Shown in pieces: positions 1 through 13,330 of a DNA stretch of 64,000 bases. The notes under the pieces are model-generated. The model saw only the letters and a list, made by a program, of their open reading frames with translations. It made no database searches and was not told the DNA's origin. A program made the position numbers and the translations under genes. Source of the DNA: Octopus sinensis (lineage: Eukaryota). Numbering within the stretch: position 1 is the stretch's first letter; each line of letters starts with the position of its first letter. The stretch lies in contig NC_042999.1 in NCBI RefSeq assembly GCF_006345805.1, positions 123,256,001-123,320,000 on the forward strand. Direction: 5' to 3'.

Positions 1-525
1 TGACTAGGTACTTTTTCCTATGACAGCAACACAAGTGAGGTTACCATGTAACTAGGAACTCTAAAAATCTCCCATAGCTGAAAGAAAAAATAAATGGGAG
101 GGTGAGACATTAAAGTATGCTGACAGTGTGACAATTTTCCCATTCCATGATGGTAGGCCCTTCATCTGGAATTCCACATGCTGTGACACCATCTCCAGTA
201 GCAATTTAGTGTGTTTCACCCAGGCTCTGTTGCTTGTCAGTCTGAGAAAACAAACTGTCAAGATATTGGTTGCTCTCTACCTTTGACAGTGGAGACCTCT
301 AGCATTTTTGGATCCTGGAGCATATCTCTGCTGACCACTATCAGAGTGGAGATGACTATTTGCAATTGTGAGCCCTCTGAGTCAAAGTGGCTATTTCAGC
401 CCATCTCCCTTGCCATTGTCTGGGATAACATCTTCTCCATTTTGTCTGTGGGACCATGAAGCAGTCTGAATTACAGGTCACCTGATGAGACACAAATAAT
501 AATAATAATAATAATAATAATAATT
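1..525 (+). mobile_element. Decayed 3' end of an RLE-type non-LTR retrotransposon (CRE-like) with (TAA)n tail
   Basis: Frameshifted PFHDGRPFIWNSTCCDT and TVETSSIFGSWS...EPSESKWLFQPISLAIVWDNIFSIL resemble the C-terminal restriction-like endonuclease of CRE-type elements. (TAA)n at about 498-523. Confidence 0.6.
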
Positions 526-1569
526 TTTTTATTAGCCACAAGGCTATTTCATAGGATGAACTGGTTTGTTGTTAGAAGTTGTTTGTGGAGACACTAAGAG
601 AAACTGTTAGAGAAGAGATTTATAGAAAGGAAAGAAAAACAGTAGAGCAAGGGATTAGTGAAAGAGTGGGAGGGTAATAAGGAGGTCTGGAGTGGTTTGA
701 ATAAAATGAAAGTTAGTATTACTCTCTACATACATACATACATGCATTCATGCATGCATGGAAGGAGTGGTACTAGAAATGGAGACATACACATTCCATA
801 AAATATAGAAAAAAATTAATGACTATGGGTTTAATCATTTAAATTTGCTAGATTAGTCTCAGCATTTAATCCTCCTAGTCAGTAAAAGAAGTGTATGTAC
901 TTACATACATACATGCACACACACGTGCACAACAGGTTTCTTTCAGTTTCCATCTACCAACTCCACTCACAAGCCTTTGGTTAGTCCAAGGCTATAGTAG
1001 AAAACACTTGCACTAGTTACCTTGCACATAACACATAGCCATGCCAATATATACATATGCAAGATATTTAGTTGTTTGTTATATTTCAGCTAGTAAAAGA
1101 TTAGTTTGAACATAGATTAATAAAACACTCTTCAAAATGTAAAGTAAGTTAATATTAGACTATTCCTTAATTGATAAATGATAATCGCTGATAAAGTCCT
1201 AAAATATTCTTTCATCTTCATTTCAACTTTTTTGGTTTGACAGACAGAATACTCTGTTTATACTTTAACTTTCTATATCTTTATACTGATTTTACACATT
1301 AATGTTCTTTAATCCTCCCATCAAATATTTCTGTTTACACACTTTACAATAATTCTTGTTTTCCATTTAATCCAAATAATTTCAGTTTTGCTATATTGGT
1401 ATTTTCTCTTTAATTCCTTTCCAGCAATACATACAGGCTTCTTTTTTGTGTGATGAAGAGAGAGAGAGAGATAGAGAGGGAGAAAGAGTGTGTGTGTGTG
1501 TGTGAGGGAGAGAGAGAGAGATGAATGTGTCATTATATTTAGAAAAGCTATTGTTGTATCCCTAAAGGA

Positions 1570-1950
1570 GACAGAATGAAATTACAGCTCTGTGCCAAGT
1601 CAGGCATTAGAAACACCGTTGATACTGCAGAACATTCATTTAACAAAATATTTAAAGACACATCCTACAAACATATCCCACAAGGCACCATGAAAAATAG
1701 AACCCCAGTTATGTATCAGAAATAACCAGACTGATAAAAAACAGGAATAAAGCTCAAGCACAATATACCAACACCACACTCAGTAGAAATGAATTCAGTG
1801 TCATTGGTAGAAAAACAGAAAACTAGCAAACTTTTATATTCAATATAACCACTAAACAAAGAAAAGCATTATATAGAATAATTAGCAGCATCAACTACAG
1901 GAAGAATGACTACAACACTGGCCATACCACATCACCTGTTACAATTGCAA
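1570..1950 (+). mobile_element. Old LINE internal fragment (between endonuclease and RT)
   Basis: A-rich degraded reading frame (KHIPQG...EIT.LIK.RN-like) with many stops. Confidence 0.3.
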
Positions 1951-2352
1951 CTTTAAGTAACTGTTGTTATCGGGAAATAACTTTATTAATTTATTTGCAT
2001 TACATCTTTAATATCATTTAACATTTACTTGCTCAATATTATATAATATGGCAAACTAAATATGCTATTGATTACTCCATTGTTGTCTTCTCTACATGCA
2101 CAGATGTGTTCCTAAATAGTTTCTATTTGAAACATGATTTTTCTGTCTTCCACTTCTACAGTAATGTGTGAAGACTATGTGCCATCTACCTTAAGTAATA
2201 ACTTGGAGATATTTTTTATGCTTAATTAAACTGAATGCTCTTTCTTTAATATTATTAAAGAATGGGATCACATGTAAATCTTCTAGGATTCAAAACAGAT
2301 ACTTAAACCTATTCCAACCATTTTTCTGTGAAAATGATTGTAAATAGCTCTT

Positions 2353-2518
2353 TTAAAGTTCAGGTCTCTGATTCTCTGTATTGCAATCATTCATACTTGC
2401 TATTACATTTGCATCCTCTACATATGTAGAAACTAGAACTTCATCCCAAATGTCTTTGAAAATGATGTTATCTGGTAGTCTTTGATAATCTGGAAATTTA
2501 TCATAAAGCTGATTGGGA
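2353..2518 (-). CDS. Probable terminal coding exon of an unidentified minus-strand gene: PNQLYDKFPDYQRLPDNIIFKDIWDEVLVSTYVEDANVIASMNDCNTENQRPEL*
   Basis: Strong minus-strand acceptor (tttcttttcttttccttttgttgatgttttttgatcttgttttag|). Phase-2 entry, then 54 open codons of protein-like composition to TAA at 2355-2353. AATAAA on the minus strand at about 1987-1982. Upstream exons not established. Confidence 0.55.
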
Positions 2519-3479
2519 CTAAAACAAGATCAAAAAACATCAACAAAAGGAAAAGAAAAGAAACTTGGGTAAACTTAACTTTTTAGTAATTAATAAATAT
2601 ATTCCATAGGAATTCACACTTTGGTAGCATTTTAAGAGACTTTGTTACAACATTTATTTAAAAAGCATAAACAGTTTAGAACACTCATATTTACTCAAAT
2701 CTGAAATATTGCTTTCATTGTACATTGTGAATTTAGTTTTAATCCCACTGAAGATGTCCTTAAAACACAGATGATTTTCTTTGGCTTTTGCATCATCATC
2801 TTTCAGACAGAGTATTTAATTTAAATTAGTATCAAATTTCAAAAATATATCAAAGAAGTTCTTAAAAAAGATTGTATTTCACTTTCTAGTGGCTTAATCA
2901 ATGATGAGATTGATGAAAGATAGCAGAGCAGCTTAATGAAATAGCAAATATATCTAAAATAGGATTTGAAAGGGTTGCTTTGTATGACTTGTTGTAACAG
3001 GATATGAAGAAAAGAAAATTGAACTATAATAAAAAGTAGAAAAACTTAAAGAATAGCCTTTTCCAGACCTGACCACTTTCTTAACACATTTCTCAAAATT
3101 TCTCAGTGTCTCAAAAACAATAAATCCTTTCTAGCTGTCCTTTCCATGTTTGTATTGCTATCAAATAAGTAAAACAAGTCAATGCAAAAGTCTTCTAGAC
3201 TGAAACAGCATACTTCCCAAAATTGAGCTGAAGCTAAAGAAGCAGAACTATGTACCAGAGGACATCAAAATGTGATTGGATATACCTTCAAAACAATGCC
3301 TTTTTTTTAAAACCTACTTCAAACTAAGCAGAAAAACTGAATTAAAGATTATATAATATTATGAATATAATATTTGTAATAATAAATATTATGAACCAAA
3401 GATTTAATAAAAATTTAATAAAAGTATTGTACACATGGGAGAATGTTTAAAATGCAGTAATTTTTATTGAAATGTGTAA

Positions 3480-3800
3480 ATGTGTGAAGTGATGCCAAAA
3501 CCAGAAGTCCTTACATAAATTAGGAAGGTAGACAAGCCTGATATTTGGGTGATGATGTTTTAGAGAAAGTGTTATCTGTATATGTTGCAGTTTACTAAAA
3601 CATTTTGTATTGATACATAAATCTCAGCTGTTGTTTTCATTTCATTATAATTTCTTGTGGTTTCATCCCCAAATTCTGTGTTATATTATCATTGCAATAT
3701 GATTATAGCAAACTTCATCTCTTCCCTTTCACCAGTCTCAGTTATTCTACAAAGGATTATAGTTGCTACCCATCCTCCTGACTAACTGATAAAAAGAAGT
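3480..3800 (-). mobile_element. Possible decayed pogo/Tigger transposase fragment
   Basis: Minus strand reads HHHPNIRLVYLPNL, similar to the HPNIKxVFLPPN motif of Tigger DDE domains. Otherwise degraded. Confidence 0.25.
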
Positions 3801-4339
3801 TTCATTTTTTTTTTTAAAGACTCTACCTGAAAGATCAGAACTCACTTTTGTCTGTTTTTGTCTGTTTATATATTTATATATCTTATTCTTTGTTCTTTGC
3901 TGGCATAGACTAGTGTTAGTTTCTTTGGTCTCTAATTGTTGTATTTAAAAAAAAAATTTGTAAGTCATTCTACAGTTAAATGGCCTTTTCTTCTATAAGC
4001 TTTCATTCAACTAAAGGACAATCTATTTTTATAGTGTTAATTACTACATTAGTATTTCATAATAAAGACCAAAATTATTATTTATGTCAGTCTATTTCAT
4101 CCTCAAATTATCAAATGACTATTCTTTGACTCATTAACACCATATTTTCTAAAATTAGTCCAAATATTTTAGGACTATTATTATCACCAGACAGTTATGA
4201 CTATTTTAATCATGAGGCACTAATTTCTCCAGCACCACTAAAACCTTTAATTAGCAAAATATACATCTGACTATCAACCTTTTAAATTGTTCTAAATATC
4301 AACTTCAGAATATGTCATTATTATCATCTCAAGTTTTCC

Positions 4340-4550
<211 letters not shown>

Positions 4551-4659
4551 TTTCGTTTGGGGATTTGGTTTGCAGGTTTCTTTATGTGAGTTAATGTGTT
4601 TTACCGGTGAATGTGTTAAATTATATGGCACAAAAAGAAAGTGACTCTCTCCAGACACA

Positions 4660-4712
<53 letters not shown>

Positions 4713-7700
4713 ATATACATATATATCACCCAGTGTAGTTAGTATGACAGAATGGTCAATGCCAAATTTTAAGTTAATGGCACTATAGATCCCATCTAAA
4801 AGAAATATATAAGCTCATACTTGATTTCACTTATCTGAATAGTGCATAAATTTTAAATCCCTCTCTCACACATTCTCTCATCTCCCCATATGTGAACAGT
4901 GTATGTAATGCGAAATGTAAACTGAAATAAAATCCAGTGTCTAAATTCAAAAACCAACTCTGAAAATAAGCCTATTTTGCTGCTTCAGCAATTCACGGTG
5001 AACAATGAAATCCTTATGGTTGATTCTTCTTGTTAGATTAATGACTTCATTATACGGTTTGGTAGTTCTACTGCTGTATTGAAATGAGTTGCTACTTATA
5101 CCAATTAGGCTATATATTCTTATGTTTTACAGGGCACACTGCTACATTATTTTGCATTAGTAGTTCTATGCTAACAAAGTGTGACTTGTAAATGTGTAAG
5201 GTTTGAATCACTTCATTTAAAAACAATGTTACACTATTCAAGTGAGGTGATTCAAATCCATGTAATTTACAGGTTAAGTTTGCTGTTGTCAGCACATTAC
5301 TTGTTTTAGTAGAAAGAGCAACAATATCTTCTTAAATCAAATCCTATTGTGTATGCAAAAACGAAACACTGTCATCCAGAATACACTGTTTTGGTGGTTG
5401 GGAGATGGTTACAGGATGTGTGTTTCTTATCATATATCACCTAGGTCAGAGCTGACTTTGAGGCTACACAGCAACAGTGTTCTTGGTTGATTTAATGTGC
5501 CTTGTAAAAATCTCAGTTCATGAGCTGTTTGTGATTGAGAAGGGTATTAAAATGGTCTAGTCTACACTTCATTGGTTATCTGTTTCTGTTCATCAGAGTC
5601 AACAAAGAAAAAAAAATGAAAAACTGTTGTTTTCAGAGACAACGATAAAAAAAAATGTTTGATGGTTTATAATAAATAGCAGAATCTCATATAATGTCAG
5701 ACAAATTTTGATGTACATTCAGAAATTCCTCCGGGTCCCTGAAAATAATTCTTTCAACAAGTAGCAAAGAGTATAAAATTTGTTTAAATGCATATGTTTT
5801 TGAATGTTACAAAGCAGGAAGGACTTGTTTCCAATCATTCTTTATTAATATTTCATATTAAAATAGAAAAGACAAAATGGCATGATAATTAAATGGCAGT
5901 ATTTTTATTAACCATTCTATTTATATTATCCAAGATTCTATTTATAAATAGAATCAATCACTTGGTTTTTGTATCCAATCATAGCTTGCATGGTTGTTTA
6001 GCCCTATTGATTTATATTTTGGGTAAGATGAAAAGCTGTGACATTCATATCTTTCTCAAAGGCAAAATGAAGTGAAATAGCAATAGCTGTGAATCGAACC
6101 TAGCAAGACCTTCTACTGTATAATGCATACTTAATTTTTTTTTTATAGTTTGTAATATAAAATTGCAAAAATGTATAAAGAAATTTTTAAAAATCTTGTA
6201 GTATTATTGTTCCTTTAATGCATGCTTTCAGTGATTAAAAAGTATACAGCAATTATAATACACAATCAAATATCCTATAATGTTCCTTTGCAGTATGTTT
6301 GATCAAATCATCCATCCTCTTATTAAATGATTGTATCTTTTACACAAAAGCATCTTTCTCTCATGCTTCATAAAATATTGCTCCTTTTCTCCCCTATATC
6401 ATAAAGCCTGCTTCTGACTCATTATTCTATTGTTATCAGCATCTCTAAGGTCAATGAAAAGATAAAAGGAACCTGTTATCTTTGAACTTATACCTCCTAT
6501 TTTGAAATTGCCAGTGACTTCTGCTCGAGAGGATTATTGGTGTTTTCTACTCAATGCCTTTCAAAGCAGTCAATTTCTACTGAATCACACTTCATAATAA
6601 TCTTTTAATGTCTAAAAGAACATAATCTATTCAAACATTCTAAATGTGATCTCTCTTTATCCATTTTAGTTGTTGCATTTTTTTCCCTCATACATAAGTA
6701 CATGTACACACAGGCACATACATGTACATCCACAGTTGAAAGGCACTTGAAATATTGCACATTGTGCAATAATTAATTTCCAGTATTATCTTTATAACTG
6801 AATATTAATCATTAATTTTGACCTTTTAAAATATTCTTTGAACAGAAAGTTAGTTTCAGTGAGTTGAATTGAAAAAGTGATTCATGGTCAGAGAGAATTT
6901 CACTTGCACTTTGGAAGAACACGGACATCACAAATGTTTCAGCATTAATAGGACTAAATACTCATTGACTGATGCAACTGCTTGATTGAGATGCACAAAA
7001 TATTTATGAGTGATTGAGTGAAGATGAATAGACTGCCTGCTCAGACGTCATGTATTTATGCTTGCAGTAATTGTTTGCTTGTGGACATTTATTATATATA
7101 TCAGGACATTTATTTTATTATATATATCAGGACATTTATTTCCTATGTGTCTTATTTCCTTTATTCGTGGTGAGTAGGATTTTTATAGATATACCTGTAA
7201 TATACTGGAAGTTTCTCCAGTGGAAGATTTATATCTCATCTATTAAACATGACTGAATTAACAATAAAGGCAGCAAAAGTGCTGCCTTTGTGATCTCCTG
7301 CAGCTTTTGAGAGACATTTATCATTAATATGCATTTAATCTGAAAAATGTGCAAATCAGTCTCAGCATAACATCTAAAGTTATCCTAATTTGAATAATTT
7401 TCTGCTCTATTGCTATTTAAGCATGACAAATATGAAATTTATTGTCATTAATAAAACCAGTATCATATTATCCGTAATCCTTTTGCACTCTACTATCATT
7501 TAAAAGCTTTATTGCACCATTTCAATAATCTCTTTTGACAATCCTAAAATCTCAAGACCATGACCTTACTATGCACAAGATTTACTTTCTTCGGAAGAAT
7601 TTACAGATATCACAACTTGATTCAAGATCACCGATGATGTTCAATCACTAATATTTGCTTCTTAACACAAACATTGCTTTCTATATCACACTATCACCTT

Positions 7701-8606
7701 CTATTGATGGGCAATCATGTTTCTCTCCCACATTCCCACTCAGACATTTTCTATCATCTCTCAACTTCTAATTGACTTATACAATCTTCTTGCTTTTACA
7801 TTATTTATAAATTTTCATTTTTTTTTAAAAAACTTTTAATTCAATACAATGAATATATATTTTAAATATTTTTGGCAGATATATAATTTTTAAAGTAGAT
7901 ATTTGAAAGTATATTCTATGACTTATTATTTCAATAACAAAAGAAAAACATCATTTATACATCATACAGAAACTTTCATGTATTCTTTTCTACAGGTAAT
8001 ATTTTTCAGAATATCCTACTTTGAGTTGTTAAATTTATTATTTTATAAGAACACATAATTAAGAAGAGGATGTGACATTAGCTGCTGCTACTGCTCTTCC
8101 TCCTCCTAGTTGTAGCTGTTGTTCCAAAGTCTTTCAAATCATCAATGTTAATTAATAAATTAGATTCTACATTTCTTCCTATCTAAATCCTTTCTTACCT
8201 AATCTCCAGTCAACACTGTATTGACATTTAAGGTAAAGTTTTAAATATGACCTATCTCTGCCAATTGTCGACTTAAAATGTCATAGGAAGTTGTAGCCTA
8301 TTGTTTACTAATGAGACTGTTTCTCTTTCCTTTGCTTCATTAGTAATATATACATTGTTACTAATTATAAGTTTTAAAATAACTATAAAGATATTTTTGA
8401 AGATCATTACATTCTAAAATCAGATTGAATGGAGCAGATCTATTTTCTAATATATGTTGCAGTTAATATATTTAATATTAATACTTGATATTTTATAAGC
8501 ACAAAACTCAAGAAATTAAATATCTGAGTCTTCAATAATCTATTTTGCTTTAGAATTAATTTTGTAGCAAAATACTTGTATAAAATGAAGTTGAAGATTT
8601 ACTTAC

Positions 8607-8636
8607 CAATACTTGGAAAACAATAATGATTACTAT
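8607..8636 (-). CDS. Candidate 30-nt micro-exon (DSNHYCFPSI in phase 1, or IVIIIVFQVL in phase 0)
   Basis: Minus-strand attatcattttcag| ... TTG|gtaagt with length divisible by 3. No homology support. Confidence 0.25.
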
Positions 8637-10202
8637 CTGAAAATGATAATTTTAGACAACATTTGTACATCTACATCATATTCTCTTCATCTATAATGTT
8701 GTATTTCTTGGTGATAATTCTTTTCTTTTTTTTTTTTAATTCTCTTATATTGAAATATATTTCAAGAAATACTTCATTTTAAGGCTTCACAGGAAATATA
8801 ACCAGGCTCCTAGGTAATAGAAAAAGAAAATTAATGTTTATTACGATATCATTTATTGGTTTCACAGATGCATCTTTGAAAAGATAAAGTCTTTTTGATC
8901 TGATAGAAATTCTGATAATAAGAAATAATGAATTTAGCATGAAGTAAAAGAACGTATGTAGATAAATGAATATATAAGATCTTAAAGATTGCATTTGAAT
9001 AGACCTTATTAAAAATATATTCAGTTTGTTGATGGAACGGATATGCATTTCAGCCTACCATATTGCCATCTTTTATTCAATTATACACTACTACAGAAAT
9101 TTTCAGCTTTTCATATTACTTTTTTATTTTCAATAAATTTGATTAGACTTATCTTGTCGGACTTAGCCTAGCATAACCAATCTTTTCATATTGCTGGTGC
9201 TGAATCTGAAAACCTCATTTGCTTTTCCAGTTCAAAAAGCTGCTTTAGTGCTAGTAGTTTCCAATGATTAAGGTGATATCATCGTTTACCATTAAAAATT
9301 CCTACCCTAATGTATTATAAGCTGTACTCTAAAGAATACAACAGTACACTTTCTTTACCATCAGATATTTACATTTCTGTCTTGTTTTAATGGTTTCGTT
9401 TCATATACTAATGACTTACATAGATTTTCCATCTTTTGTCATATTATTTGGTTATGTTAGATCTCATAGACCAGCCTCATTTGAAGTCTCACTCAACTTG
9501 TTTGACTAACAAACCAATGTGTCCTGCAGTATTTATGTACAAACACGCATATTATATATTATTATTATTATTATTATTACAAATAAAAAATATTTTACAA
9601 ACAACATGCTTTGCTAGTTATTTGTAATAAACAATTAGGAACTCATCCAAACACTTAGAAATTCATCTTTTATCAGTATCTCCCAAACATAACTTTAAAT
9701 CATCTTTTTCTTTTCTTTTTTTTACTAAATAGAAGTATGCATGTGGTAGGGATGCACACAGTGTGGAAGTACATTAGCTAATACTTTCCTTTTAAGAAAA
9801 ATGGAAGTGCTAAGATTTGTGCAGTTAATAGTGTGAAACATCGTAGAAGTAAATGTGGATAAATATACCTTGAAAATGAGTTTAAGATTCAAAGAAATAG
9901 GTGAAACTGTAGATGATAAATAGATTCTTAAATGTTATTACTTTTATTATTTTTTTATGACTAGTTATTTATGTATGTTCTCACTTAGCATATAAATGAA
10001 ATCATTAACTTTTAAATGTTTTCCTAATTAAATTACTGGCAGCTCACTGTGCCCTTCTCTCTTTGATATCCATAAATGATCAATACATCAATTGGACATT
10101 AAAGTCTATCTAAGTTTGTTTTTATTGATGCTTTAATTTTTCTTTTCTGCTTTCTGTATATATTTACAATATATTTAAGTGGGAATTTTATTTATATATA
10201 TA

Positions 10203-10375
10203 TAAAGTAAATGGTATTTGCCAACATAATGTGGCTGTCCTGAAAGGGATGATATTACTAGCTGGCTATACAACACACTATCTGTGTCCTTATATTTTCA
10301 TACAGGGGCTAAAGCAACAGTAGCATCATCCCTTTCAGGACAGCCACATTATGTTGGCGAATAGCATTTACTTTA
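10203..10375. mobile_element. Small fold-back MITE with 57-bp terminal inverted repeats
   Basis: 10203-10259 is the reverse complement of 10319-10375 with 4 mismatches. Confidence 0.7.
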
Positions 10376-11024
10376 AAGAACTGTTACTGAATGTTTCTCT
10401 TTGAGAGATTTAGAAATAATAATAATAATAATATATATATATATATTTATATATAAAGTTACCTTAAAATTTTAACCAAGAAAAAACTCATTACATAAAG
10501 TTAAATTAAACATTTATTTTTTTAAAAATGATGACAGTAACTTCAAAGTTGCACCAAAACTGGCTCCTCAGACTGTATTGAAATAAACAAGATTAATCAC
10601 TTTTAAATGTTAGGTATGTGCCAGTGTAGTGCGTTAGTTAAAAGGTTGTTGCAAAGTAAAGGCTAGAAATAGAAAAAAACAATTCTGGAATAGTGGAGAT
10701 TAAACTGAGATTACCATCGATAAAGAATGGAAGAGAAGAAATACAATTACATGGAAGAAATGTAGGAGATGGTGGAAGTTGTGTGCGAGCTGGGATAACA
10801 AGGGCATTCCAAAGATTTGTGATTATGCAAGTTATTTTGAAAGTTAAAAATGGAAAATAAAGTAAATAAAAGTCAAGACCCAGAATATTTAAAGGTTCCT
10901 GAAAATTTTAGCAATAGTTGGTAACAGAGGATTTTAAGCTAAAGTAAACTTTAGTGTAGAGTAAAATCAGCTGTTTTTGTATGGAATCTACAGAAAGTTT
11001 ACATATATATTTAAAATAATGCTA

Positions 11025-11750
11025 TGATAGTGACATGGTTTCAGGTTCAGTCCCGTTAAATATATCTTCTGTTATAACCTTGGGCCTACCAAAGCCTTGT
11101 GAGAGGAAACTAAAAGAAGCTCATAATATATTTATGTAGGCATGTTTCTATTTGTCCCCTCCCTCAATTGACAACCAGTGATGGTTTGTTTACACCCTTG
11201 TAACTTGGTGAGTTTGGAAAAAGAATCAATAGAATAAGTACCAGACTTTAAAGATATGTCTTGGAATTGATTTATTTGAAACACCTAATGAGCTGGCTGA
11301 ATCATTAACACACCTGGCAAAGTGTTTAACAGTATTTTGTTTGTCTTTATATTCTGAGTTCAAATTCCACCAAGGTCAACTTTGCCTTTCATCCTTTTGA
11401 GGTTAATGAAATAAGTAGCATTTACCCTCTGGTGTCAATGTAATCAACTTATCCCCTCCCCCAATGTATCAGGTCTTGTGTCTATAGTAGAAAGTATGAT
11501 TATTATTATTATCATTATCTAGTTTATTATTATTATTTATGTGATGAGCTGGCACAATCATTAGTACATCAGGCAAGATGCTTTGTGGCATGTCTTCTGG
11601 TTTTACATTTTGAGTTCAAATTCTACCAAAGTTAGCTTTGCCTTTCTTTCAGGTAAGATGAAATAAATACCAGTTGAGCACTTGGGTTTACATAATCAAC
11701 TGTTCTCCTCCCCTAAATTTCAAACCTTGTGCCTATAATATAAAAAAATT
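11025..11750 (+). mobile_element. Tandem SINE cluster: one decayed family-A SINE followed by two family-B SINEs
   Basis: Family-A motifs (ccaaagccttgtgag, ttgacaacc, gaataagtac), then two copies of gagctggc(a)gaatc...ctgagttcaaattc...gcctttcatcc...aataagtaccag with ATT tails. Confidence 0.8.
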
Positions 11751-12936
11751 ATTATTATAGTATACAATGTCATGAGGTTTGTACTGTTTGTCAAGTCACA
11801 AGGAACTCAAACAGACAGTACTTTATGCAATATGCATGCAGTTCCAAGTAATGCCAACTTTTGCAATACATCTAGATTGTAGTGTATTTCTAAGGTTTTC
11901 AGATGTTTTTACAGATTGGGCGGTATTGAACCCAATGCTCCAACGACAATAGGGATAACCTTTATATTCAACTCTCATAGCCACATCTTAGCGATCTCAA
12001 TTCTCAGGTCTCCATATTTATCAACTTTTTCTCATTCTTTCATGATGATGTGTTGATCTCCTGGCACTGCTACGTCAATTATTAGGCACTCTTGTTTGTC
12101 TCTCCTGAAAGTTATTATATCCAGTGCTCTAACATGTTTGTCTATCTGGAAATCAAAGTCCCAGAGGATTTTTGCCTTTCCTTCATTACCTTTTCCAGTG
12201 TATGTTGGTACCAAGCACCTGTAACCTCATATCAATAGTTACATCATAGTAGCCAGTGGAGGTTTTGGATTACTTTGTTGTGTCTATGCTTGTACTCTTT
12301 CTGTGCAAGACTTTCACAAGCACTAACAATGAGTCACACTTTCGACCCTCTTCCCACACATTCTGCAGATGTCTGTTGCACTTGTGTGGTATATATTCTT
12401 TTTCACTGAGTTGGTATTCAATGCCTGGTCCTGGGCTGCAATGATTAGGCTTTCAGTATTCTTTTTTTGGTAGTCCTTCTTAAACCACCTGTTGATGCAC
12501 TCCCATACGCTAATCAGCCCACGTCCACCCTTACCTCACTTCATGTAGAGCTTGTGTACAGTTGTCTTAGGGTGGAGGGCACCATGCATTGCCATTGTCT
12601 TTCAGGTAGTGCAATCAAGTTGGTCAATCTCCACTTGTGTACATCTCAAGATAGGTGTACTATAGTGGACTACAGCACCAGCCCACATGTTGATGGCAGT
12701 CACAAGGTTCCTCAAGTAGAGCTTTGATTTGAGGCATTTGAAATATGCAGTGGTGACGTTGTCTTTCATTTCTCTGTGCAAGATATTGTCCAGCTCCAGG
12801 ACCCCAAGTGTACCTGTCATCATCATCTGGGTCTTCCATTCTCACTCTATTTGGCAATTCTATGCCCCTACAATTTACTCTTTTCCCCTGCTTCAAAGTA
12901 AGCACCACACACTTCGAGATACCAAATTCCATCCCT
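11750..12936 (-). mobile_element. 5'-truncated R4/Dong-like RLE non-LTR retrotransposon (RT C-terminus, CCHC knuckle, PD-D endonuclease) with (TAA)n tail
   Basis: Minus-strand MEFGISKCVVLTLKQGK..GIELP, KSKLYLRNLVTAINMWA, CRMCGKRVESVTH, ILWDFDFQID...LIIDVAVPGD, KYGDLRIEIAKMW...IPIVVGALG. Contains stops and frameshifts. Confidence 0.88.
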
Positions 12937-13330
12937 AATTATTATTTTTATTATTATTATTATTAAAGCTATTACATGCTACTTTCGTTAAGAGGGGTGA
13001 AATTTGGTGACAATAAGTCGCCTCAAATCTCAAGAATCTCCCTTAGGATTCTTGCAAAATACAGCATTGCACTTCTCTCCCAGTCTACAATGCAGTTCTC
13101 AATTCCAATATCTTTCAGCATTTTAAGGAGCAGACTGGATGTTGTGCCAAATGCACCAATTACCACAGGCCAATTGTCACTATCATCTTCCACAATCCCT
13201 TTGTCGCTCTTTCTATGTCTTGATATTTTTTAATATGTTCAGCTCCTTTGGTATCCACTCTGTTGTTCTGTGGAGAATAGATAGGTCAGGATGTTTAACC
13301 AACAATATTTATGCCTTTAGAAGAGTGTGC
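12937..13330 (-). mobile_element. Second, divergent R4-like 3' fragment with (TAA)n tail at 12937-12964
   Basis: Minus-strand KKYQDIERATKGLWKMIVTI/PVVIGAFGTT...ERSAMLYFARILREILEI*, followed by a short 3'UTR and TAA repeats. Confidence 0.75.

Noticed and set aside
480-500. Perfect CTGATGA after the CRE-like relic
   Set aside because: No stem II or GAAA follows before the TAA tail, so it is not a hammerhead.
4960-5300. Minus-strand open segments (SRTTKPYNEVINLTRR...; ORF 5110-5295)
   Set aside because: No convincing donor/acceptor pair and no recognisable homology. Cannot be excluded as part of the minus-strand gene.
5690-5745. Minus-strand acceptor followed by DPEEFLNVHQNLSDII*
   Set aside because: Only 16 codons with no supporting signal.
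7085-7142. Short tandem duplication ggacatttatt...tatatatca
   Set aside because: Ordinary slippage duplication with no unique spacers, so not CRISPR-like.
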